From Patescibacteria group bacterium (lineage in GTDB: Bacteria; Patescibacteriota; Microgenomatia; Levybacterales; UBA12049): a stretch of 57,015 nucleotides of DNA. Shown in pieces: positions 25,089 through 32,257 of this stretch (positions are counted from its first letter, which is position 1; each line of letters opens with the position of its first letter). Below the pieces are notes generated by a model. The model was given only the letters and a program-made list of their open reading frames with translations, searched no databases and had not been told where the DNA came from. The position numbers and the translations under genes were made by a program. The stretch is taken from positions 1 through 57,015 of the forward strand of contig JAMCZC010000037.1 in assembly GCA_023485865.1 (NCBI GenBank), given 5' to 3'.

Positions 25089-25284
25089 CCCCGTTTGAAG
25101 ATACTACTCCCGGAGTTGCTTCGCCTAACGCGCTTACAAAAAGGTCAATTTTTACTCCTGTATCGCGTAGGGCTCTTATTTGGGCATCTGTTTTAAGGCG
25201 TTTTGCTAGGGGTGAATCATTTCTTCCGATGGTAGGGGCATCCATTCTTCCTGTTATTCCTGTTTCGCAAAGATTTCTTGACAC
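25075..25284 (-). CDS. possible small protein (69 aa), or alternatively a structured RNA region
   Basis: A GTG-start ORF in a locally GC-rich patch. The minus strand shows TAATAT-N6-GTG, the leaderless architecture seen elsewhere in the window. No family is recognised. Confidence 0.35.
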   Translation of the reverse strand: MSRNLCETGITGRMDAPTIGRNDSPLAKRLKTDAQIRALRDTGVKIDLFVSALGEATPGVVSSNGAKPQ

Positions 25285-25321
25285 AGTTTAATATTATTAC
25301 ATATTTTTTATATTTTCAAGA

Positions 25322-25330
25322 TGTTATAAT
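25322..25330 (+). promoter_or_regulatory. extended -10 promoter (TGtTATAAT) 6 nt upstream of the GTG at 25337; leaderless-type
   Basis: TGtTATAAT is followed by ttgctc and then GTG. This suggests the true rdgB start is 25337 rather than the TTG at 25331. Confidence 0.5.
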
Positions 25331-25951
25331 TTGCTCGTGAAGAAAAAAATTTTGGTAGCAACAACAAACTCCGGCAAAATAGCAGAAATAAGCAAATTTT
25401 TAAAAGATTTACCATTTAAGATAGTTTCCCTTAGCGATGTTGGAGCAAACATTGATATTAAAGAAACCGGGAAAACGTATAAAGAAAATTCAAAATTAAA
25501 AGCTCTCTTTTATGCAAAGCTTTCCAATCTTCCTGCGATTTCGGACGACGGCGGAATAGAAATAACGGCTTTAGGAGGCGCACCGGGAATTAAATCAAGG
25601 CGTTGGTTAGGGTATGAAGCAACCGATAAGGAAATAATTGAACATATGAAAAAAATTGCCAGAAAACTTCCCGATAATAATAGAACTGCTTATTTTAAAA
25701 CAGTTATAACATTTGCTTTGCCCAGCGGAAAATACTTTCAGTCAACAGGAATTGTTAAAGGCGAAATTGCCAAAGAACCGTTGTTAAAAATTCTCAAAGG
25801 TTATCCTTATAGATCATTTTTTTATATTCCAAAAATTAAAAAATTCTACCATGAAAGCCAACTTTCCAAAGATGAAGAAAGAGTATATAATCACAGGTAT
25901 AAGGCAATAACTAAGTTAAAGCCAATTATTAAAAGAGAATTAGGGCTTTAA
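25331..25951 (+). CDS. rdgB: non-canonical purine NTP pyrophosphatase (RdgB/HAM1 family)
   Basis: ILVATTNSGKIAEI is the N-terminal motif, and SDDGGIEI is also present. The likely real start is the GTG at 25337. Confidence 0.85.
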   Translation: MLVKKKILVATTNSGKIAEISKFLKDLPFKIVSLSDVGANIDIKETGKTYKENSKLKALFYAKLSNLPAISDDGGIEITALGGAPGIKSRRWLGYEATDKEIIEHMKKIARKLPDNNRTAYFKTVITFALPSGKYFQSTGIVKGEIAKEPLLKILKGYPYRSFFYIPKIKKFYHESQLSKDEERVYNHRYKAITKLKPIIKRELGL

Positions 25952-26061
25952 CTTAAATTACTAATTTCTAATTTATAATAAAAATCTTAATATCAAATGT
26001 TTTAAAATTAAGACATTAAAAATTCATTAAAAATTAAGAATTTAAAATTTTAAATTAAACT
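25952..26061. repeat. AT-rich intergenic element, copy 1 (the homologous copy is at 41917-42027)
   Basis: The copies share, in the same order, TAATTTCTAATTT, TCAAATGTTTTAAA (14/14 identical) and CATTAAAAATTCATT (14/15 identical). The element fills the whole gap from the rdgB stop to the serS ATG. Confidence 0.65.
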
Positions 26062-27318
26062 ATGATTGATATAAAATTTATCAGAGAAAATCCAAAGTTG
26101 GTAAAAGATGGGGCAAGCAGTAAAGGCGTAAGTATTAACATTGACGAGATTCTAAAAAAAGATGAACAGTACCGAGAATGTGCCTCTAAAGCGCAAAAAC
26201 TTCAGGAGAAAAAAAATGCCCTCTCGGGAACATTAAAGGGTAAGCCGACTCCGGAACAGCTTCTAAAAGGAAAAGAAATAAAAGAAGCGCTTCAAAAAAC
26301 AGAAATTGATCTTAAACAATGCGAAGATAACCTACGCATGGTGCTATCTCAGATTCCAAATCTCCCCAAAAAAGACGTAAAAGTTGGTAAAGACGAGACG
26401 GAAAACGAAGTAATAAAAAAGTATAAAGAGCCGCCGAAATTTATATTTACCCCAAAAGACCACCTGGAGCTCGGAGAAAAGTTAGACATTATTGATGTAG
26501 AAAGAGCATCTAAGGTATCCGGTGCAAGATTTGCCTATCTTAAAAATGACGGCGTTTTATTGGAATTGGCATTAGTAAATTTGGCAATGAAAACGCTTAT
26601 TAAAGAAGGCTTTGTTCCGGTTATTCCGCAAACTTTAATTAAGAAAGAAGCAATGCAGGGTTTAGGATATATGGAAAACGGCGGCGAGGAGGATATGTAT
26701 CATTTGGAAAAAGACGATTTATATCTAGTGGCCACTGCGGAACATTCAATAGTCCCAATGCACATGGGAGAAGTTTTTAAGAAAAAAGATTTGCCAAGAA
26801 GATACGTTGCGTTTTCAAGCGCCTTCAGACGAGAAGCCGGCAGTTACGGAAAGGACACAAGGGGAATTTTAAGGGTCCATCAATTTGATAAGGTTGAAAT
26901 GGTTTCCTACGTACCCCAAGGCGAAGACGATAAAGAGCACGAATACCTGCTTTTTTGGGAAGAAAAACTCTTTCAATTGCTTGAAATTCCTTATCAGGTA
27001 GTAAAAATGTGCACGGGCGATTTGGGATTTCCGGCTGCAAGAAAATTTGACATAGAAGCATGGATGCCCGGTCAAAATAAATATAGGGAAGTAACTTCTG
27101 TTTCCACAGTTACCGATTTTCAAGCAAGAAGATTAAATATAAAATATCAAGACGGAAGCGAAAAACATTATGTAAATATTCTAAACGGTACCGCTTTTGC
27201 AATCGGAAGAACGATAATTGCAATTTTAGAAAATTACCAAAAAGAAGACGGTTCAGTAGAAATTCCAAAAGTTTTGCAAAAAACTTTAGGAAAAAGTGTT
27301 ATAAAATCAATAAAATAG
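26062..27318 (+). CDS. serS: serine--tRNA ligase
   Basis: 418 aa with an N-terminal coiled-coil arm and class II motifs FRREAGSYGKDTRGILRVHQF and LNGTAFAIGR. Confidence 0.95.
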   Translation: MIDIKFIRENPKLVKDGASSKGVSINIDEILKKDEQYRECASKAQKLQEKKNALSGTLKGKPTPEQLLKGKEIKEALQKTEIDLKQCEDNLRMVLSQIPNLPKKDVKVGKDETENEVIKKYKEPPKFIFTPKDHLELGEKLDIIDVERASKVSGARFAYLKNDGVLLELALVNLAMKTLIKEGFVPVIPQTLIKKEAMQGLGYMENGGEEDMYHLEKDDLYLVATAEHSIVPMHMGEVFKKKDLPRRYVAFSSAFRREAGSYGKDTRGILRVHQFDKVEMVSYVPQGEDDKEHEYLLFWEEKLFQLLEIPYQVVKMCTGDLGFPAARKFDIEAWMPGQNKYREVTSVSTVTDFQARRLNIKYQDGSEKHYVNILNGTAFAIGRTIIAILENYQKEDGSVEIPKVLQKTLGKSVIKSIK

Positions 27319-27469
27319 GTTTGTGATTTTTCCTTTCTATTCAATCTAAACACATTAATTTGAAGCAAAGAAAAAACCTTGACAAAACAATAGAAATATC
27401 TCAACATTAGTGTAGTTTCTGTCCACATCATTTTAAGTGACGCAGAAGGAAAGGAAGGTGAATCTGTCC

Positions 27470-27499
27470 ATGGCAAAGAAAAAGAAGAAGAAGAAATAA
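27470..27499 (+). CDS. mini-ORF MAKKKKKKK (9 codons) with a Shine-Dalgarno site
   Basis: The SD AAGGTGA (27455-27461) lies 8 nt before the ATG. The codons are ATG GCA (AAG/AAA)x7 TAA. Confidence 0.35.
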   Translation: MAKKKKKKK

Positions 27500-27540
27500 A
27501 TTGGTAATAAATTTGGAAATTACCAATTGATCAATTGGTA

Positions 27541-27569
27541 AAACCCCTCGCTTTTTAGTGAGGGGTTTT
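27541..27569 (+). terminator. terminator-like hairpin AAACCCCTC...GAGGGGTTT followed by T
   Basis: The stem is 27541-27549 / 27560-27568 with a 10-nt loop. The U-run is short (TTTT), so this is a weak terminator. Confidence 0.4.
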
Positions 27570-27580
27570 CCTTATAAATA

Positions 27581-27589
27581 TGGTAAAAT
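27581..27589 (+). promoter_or_regulatory. extended -10 promoter (TGgTAAAAT) 6 nt upstream of the secA ATG; leaderless-type
   Basis: TGgTAAAAT is followed by gaatat and then the ATG at 27596. There is no SD. Confidence 0.5.
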
Positions 27590-27595
27590 GAATAT

Positions 27596-30355
27596 ATGTT
27601 TAATGTACTTGCAAGATTCTTCGACTCCAACGAAAAAGAGGTAAGCAAACTTAACCCGCTTGTTTTAGAAATAAATTCCCTGGAAGAAAAAATAAAGAAA
27701 CTGAAAGACAGCGATTTCCCCAAAAAAACCAAGGAATTTAAAGAAAGAGTTCAAGACGGCGAGCCGCTGGAATTAATTTTGCCCGAAAGTTTTGCTTTAG
27801 TCAGAGAAGCCGCAAGAAGAACAATCGGACAAAGACACTTTGATGTTCAGTTAATGGCTGCGGCAGTTTTAGCAAGCGGAAAAATAGCGGAACAAAAAAC
27901 AGGAGAAGGAAAAACCTTGTCAGCAGTCCCTGCACTATATCTCCATTCATTAACAGGGAAAAGTGTTCATTTGGTAACGGTAAACGATTATCTTGCAAGA
28001 CGTGACGCAGGATGGATGGGGCCGGTCTTTAAATTCTTAGGACTTAGTGTTTCATCAATTATTAGCGAGGAGTCTTTTATTTTTGACCCTTCTTACGTTA
28101 ATAAAAACACACATGATTTTAGACTCTCTCATCTTAAAACAATTACCAGAAAAGAAGCCTATGAGGCGGATGTAGTTTATGGCATAAATTCGGAATACGG
28201 CTTTGATTATTTAAGGGATAATATGGCCCAGGATTTAAATTCCGTTGTTCAGCGGGGTTATTATTTTGCCGTTGTTGATGAAGTTGACTCGGTTTTAATA
28301 GATGAAGCAAGAACCCCGCATATTATTTCTGCTCCCGATGAAGAGCCGACGCAAAAATATTACGAGTACTCACGGTTGGTAGAAAAATTAACTCCGGAAA
28401 TAGATTACAAAATCGACGAAAAATTAAGAACGGCCCACCTAACGGATCATGGGATAACTAAAATTGAAAAAATGTTTGGAGTTTCGGATATTTACGAAAA
28501 GGATTTTGATACCGTTTATCATTTGGAGGCCGCACTAAAAGCAAGAACACTGTTTCATAAAGAAAAAGATTATATAGTCAAAGACGGCGAAGTTATTTTA
28601 GTTGACGAATTTACGGGCCGGTTGATGATTGGCAGAAGACTCTCGGAAGGTTTACATCAGGCAATAGAAGCAAAGGAAAATGTTGCGATTCAGCGGGAAT
28701 CAAAAACATTGGCAACGGTTTCTCTGCAGAACTATTTTAGGATGTATGAAAAATTAGCAGGAATGACTGGTACCGCGGTTACCGAAGCAGAGGAGTTTCA
28801 TAAAATTTACAAACTTGATGTTGTAGCTATTCCGACCCATAAGGACTTAATAAGAAAAGACCACGCGGACGCAATTTATAAAACAGGCAGGGCCAAGCTC
28901 TCGGCAGTTGCAGACGAAATAGAAAAAGCACATAAAAACGGCCAGCCGGTACTAGTTGGTACAACCTCAATTGATAAAAACGAGATTGTATCGGAATTAC
29001 TCCGAAGACGAGGTATAAAGCACGAAATTTTAAATGCAAAAAATCACGAAAGAGAAGCCGAAATTATAGCAAAAGCCGGAGAAAAAGGAGCTGTAACAGT
29101 TGCGACAAATATGGCCGGAAGAGGAGTTGATATTATTCTGGGGGGAGATAATCCAAAAGACGAAAACGGAATGGAAAAAAAGGAGACAAAAGAATGGGAA
29201 GTTTGGGAGAAGAAACATCAGGACGTTTTGGATGCGGGTGGGCTTTTAGTTATTGGAACAGAAAGACATGAGTCAAGACGAATAGACAATCAATTAAGAG
29301 GTAGAAGCGGAAGGCAAGGTGACCCGGGCGTTTCCCGTTTTTTCGTGGGTCTAGACGACGACATTATGAGGCTTTTTGGTGGCGAGTCAATTTCCGGCAT
29401 TATGACAAAATTCAATATGCCAGAAGACGTTCCCCTGCAGCATCCATTAGTTTCCCGCGCAATAGAGCAGGCGCAAATTAAAGTTGAAGGATATAACTTT
29501 GATATCAGAAAACACTTAGTTGAATACGATGACGTTTTAAATAAGCAAAGAGAAATAATTTATCAGAGAAGAAGAAAAGTTTTAGAAGCGGGAGAAAAGG
29601 GAGGAGAAAGTTTAAAAGGAGAGATTGAAGAAAAAATAGAACAAAGTATTTCCGAAACAGTTCTAATGCAATCAGCTGAAGAATTTCAAGACGCGGAACC
29701 CGCGTCGGCTAAGCTTTCGGAAAAATTTTCAACCATTGTTCCTTTTGACGAAGCTTCTTTAAAACAAATTGCGAGCCAATTAGAGCAAATGCATTCGACT
29801 GAAGATAAGACCTCGTTTTTAACAACTATTGCAAAAGACGTATATAAGACACGCGAAGAGCAAATGGGCGGTGAACTTATGAGACAGGTTGAAAGATTTG
29901 TAATGCTTTCGGTTATGGACAACTTATGGATGGACCACTTGGATGCGATAGAAAATCTTCGCCAGGGAATTGGCCTACGGGGTTACGGACAAAAAGATCC
30001 GCTGGTTGAATATAAAAACGAGGCATACGGAATGTTTGAAAAATTAATAGACACAATTGACGATGAGATTGTGCATAGAATTTATAAAATACAAGTGCAG
30101 CAGGCCCCGCACCAGAACGGTGCAGGGCAAGCGCCGGTAGCGCCCGTGCCGCATCAACACGTACATTCACAACCTGCAGAATCAAACGTCGTTAGCGAAA
30201 TCTCATCAAGCCCTAAGCCTATCAAAAGCGCTACCGCAACTACTATTGATAAAAAAAAGTTGGGCAGAAATGATCCCTGTCCTTGCGGTAAAACTGATCC
30301 AAACACGGGTAAACCTATTAAGTATAAAAAATGTCATTACCCTCAATATGGATAA
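27596..30355 (+). CDS. secA: preprotein translocase ATPase SecA
   Basis: 919 aa with a DEAD motor (EQKTGEGKTL, VDEVDSVLIDEARTP, TNMAGRGVDI). The C-terminal metal-binding tail is CPCGKTDPNTGKPIKYKKCH, which carries a 10-aa insertion relative to the canonical CPCGSGKKYKxCH. Confidence 0.97.
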   Translation: MFNVLARFFDSNEKEVSKLNPLVLEINSLEEKIKKLKDSDFPKKTKEFKERVQDGEPLELILPESFALVREAARRTIGQRHFDVQLMAAAVLASGKIAEQKTGEGKTLSAVPALYLHSLTGKSVHLVTVNDYLARRDAGWMGPVFKFLGLSVSSIISEESFIFDPSYVNKNTHDFRLSHLKTITRKEAYEADVVYGINSEYGFDYLRDNMAQDLNSVVQRGYYFAVVDEVDSVLIDEARTPHIISAPDEEPTQKYYEYSRLVEKLTPEIDYKIDEKLRTAHLTDHGITKIEKMFGVSDIYEKDFDTVYHLEAALKARTLFHKEKDYIVKDGEVILVDEFTGRLMIGRRLSEGLHQAIEAKENVAIQRESKTLATVSLQNYFRMYEKLAGMTGTAVTEAEEFHKIYKLDVVAIPTHKDLIRKDHADAIYKTGRAKLSAVADEIEKAHKNGQPVLVGTTSIDKNEIVSELLRRRGIKHEILNAKNHEREAEIIAKAGEKGAVTVATNMAGRGVDIILGGDNPKDENGMEKKETKEWEVWEKKHQDVLDAGGLLVIGTERHESRRIDNQLRGRSGRQGDPGVSRFFVGLDDDIMRLFGGESISGIMTKFNMPEDVPLQHPLVSRAIEQAQIKVEGYNFDIRKHLVEYDDVLNKQREIIYQRRRKVLEAGEKGGESLKGEIEEKIEQSISETVLMQSAEEFQDAEPASAKLSEKFSTIVPFDEASLKQIASQLEQMHSTEDKTSFLTTIAKDVYKTREEQMGGELMRQVERFVMLSVMDNLWMDHLDAIENLRQGIGLRGYGQKDPLVEYKNEAYGMFEKLIDTIDDEIVHRIYKIQVQQAPHQNGAGQAPVAPVPHQHVHSQPAESNVVSEISSSPKPIKSATATTIDKKKLGRNDPCPCGKTDPNTGKPIKYKKCHYPQYG

Positions 30356-30482
30356 GAAGCAGCAAGTGTCCCGTATAACCGCTCTTCAGCTGCGTGGACG
30401 CAGACCACGAGATGAAGTAAGGCTTATGCTGGGATGGTGCGGATCTGGTAAAAAATACAAGCGCTGCCATTATCCTAATTAG
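30348..30482 (+). CDS. possible 44-aa ORF carrying a second SEC-C-like motif (WCGSGKKYKRCHYPN), or a relic of a duplicated secA tail
   Basis: The ATG overlaps the end of secA (caatATGGATAA) in the +1 frame. The C-terminus matches the canonical spacing C-GSGKKYK-x-CH but lacks the first Cys. Confidence 0.3.
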   Translation: MDKKQQVSRITALQLRGRRPRDEVRLMLGWCGSGKKYKRCHYPN

Positions 30483-30563
30483 ATTGATTTAGATTTAGTC
30501 GCACAATTACATCAGCATTATTTGCTGTTTGACTCTTCATCCACTTCAAATTAAAATAAGCTT

Positions 30564-32042
30564 GTGTCAAAGATTAAGAACTTATTGAAATTAGAGGTAG
30601 CTTTGATTATTTCAGCTTTTATCTATTATTTATTTTTCGTAAATAAAGGCTTGGTTTTTTTTGACGAGGGCTATTTTGCGCATTCTGCAGAAAGACTACT
30701 TAACGGCCAAATGCCGTACAAAGATTTTTCTCTTCAATACGGTCCCACCTATTTTTATATCCTTGCGTTTTTATTCAAACTCTTCGGTCCGTCCATACTG
30801 ATAGGAAGATTTTTAAATATAGTTATTTCCCTTTTTATTATTCTGACCATTTTTTTTATTCTTAAGAAACTTAAAATAAACTCTCGTAGAACTGTTTTTC
30901 TTTCTTTTCTGTCGCTTACGGCGTTCGGCTATCCTCTAATAAATATTTCCAACATAGTTTGGATAAGTGTATTACTTTCTCTTTTATCCGTACTAACCTA
31001 TATATACTGGCTTTCTTCAAAAAATATCCGACAATATCGCTTTCTTGTTATTTTAGGTTTACTATTGGCATTATCCATATCCTGCAAGCAAAACTTTGGA
31101 CTAGCTTTTGTCTTACTATTTACTCTCTTGGTGGTATTTGGGGGAAAAGAGACCATTATAAACAAATTTAAAAACCTCGTTTTAATGAATGGAACATGGA
31201 TTCTTGCTACATTTGTCTGGGTATATTACTTTTTTTTGAAGAGTAATTTGCAAGGACTTTTTGATTTTATTAATTACGGTAGACGTTTTGCAATAAACAC
31301 AGCTTTTTCTTATCCTCCGCTAACATATTTACTTCAACCTTTGGGTATTTTCAAACTCCTCCCTTATTATCTACCGGTAATTCTATTTTTTATAGTCTTG
31401 ATGCTTTTATTTAAAAAATATAGAAATTGGAGTATCCTTGCCTTTTCCCTGACGGCAATTGTAGGGTTTTTTGTCTCTGTTTACCCACAAAGCGATCTTT
31501 TGCATGTGTACCCTTTTTTTGGAATGATTTTGGTTTCTTTTTTACTGTTCCCGTTTAAACCGAGATTAAAATATCTGGTTACGGCAATAGTTTTGATAAC
31601 TATTCTTACGGGTTTTTATCTTAGCATATTTATGAAAAGTTACCGCTACGAAAGCTATTATTATCAATACACAACTTATCTTAACTTACCAAGAACTCAA
31701 GGAATTCTTGTAACAAAATACACTGCAGAAAACGTAATGAAGATATCCAAATTTATAAATACTCATACGTCTAAGAAAGACTACATTTTTGCCTATCCCT
31801 ACTCACCAATGCTATATTTCATTTTAGAAAGAAAAAATCCCTCTAAGGATGCACAGTATTTTCTACCTATATGGCATTTTTATGATGATAAAGTAATTAT
31901 TTCGGAAATAAAAAATAAAAAAGTAAAATATATTATCGTTGACGGAGCATATAAATTCGATACTGATTTATCAAAATTTATTGAGAATCAGAAGAAAATT
32001 CTTGATGCGGGGCAATTTCAGATTTTCGAAATTAGAAGTTAA
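30564..32042 (+). CDS. polytopic membrane protein, GT-C fold glycosyltransferase-like (ArnT/PMT/GT39-like)
   Basis: 492 aa with more than 10 predicted TM helices. The first loop FFDEGYFAHSAERLLNGQMPYKDF resembles the acidic first-loop motif of GT-C enzymes. TAAAAT-N6-GTG is the start architecture. Confidence 0.5.
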   Translation: MSKIKNLLKLEVALIISAFIYYLFFVNKGLVFFDEGYFAHSAERLLNGQMPYKDFSLQYGPTYFYILAFLFKLFGPSILIGRFLNIVISLFIILTIFFILKKLKINSRRTVFLSFLSLTAFGYPLINISNIVWISVLLSLLSVLTYIYWLSSKNIRQYRFLVILGLLLALSISCKQNFGLAFVLLFTLLVVFGGKETIINKFKNLVLMNGTWILATFVWVYYFFLKSNLQGLFDFINYGRRFAINTAFSYPPLTYLLQPLGIFKLLPYYLPVILFFIVLMLLFKKYRNWSILAFSLTAIVGFFVSVYPQSDLLHVYPFFGMILVSFLLFPFKPRLKYLVTAIVLITILTGFYLSIFMKSYRYESYYYQYTTYLNLPRTQGILVTKYTAENVMKISKFINTHTSKKDYIFAYPYSPMLYFILERKNPSKDAQYFLPIWHFYDDKVIISEIKNKKVKYIIVDGAYKFDTDLSKFIENQKKILDAGQFQIFEIRS

Positions 32043-32257
32043 AACTAACTATACGAGTCGAATTATTTCCTTACTCTTAAAGCTGTGGCGTAACCATAAC
32101 TTACTGTTTTTTTATAATTTTTTTATTTTCTCCCATTTTTATTCTAACTTCCTATTCAACTAGAGAGTGTCATTTTTTTGTCTGTGAAGATAGTCTAAAT
32201 AGAACAGCATAATTTGATGCATTGACAAGGTGTAAAAAATGAGCAATACTCAACTAA

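Noticed and set aside
27476-27496. The purine (AAG/AAA) microsatellite, considered as a plain simple-sequence repeat.
   Set aside because: It is in frame with an ATG, an SD and a stop, and it abuts complementary segments. It is therefore treated as the mini-ORF finding rather than as a meaningless low-complexity tract. The simple-repeat reading remains the null hypothesis.
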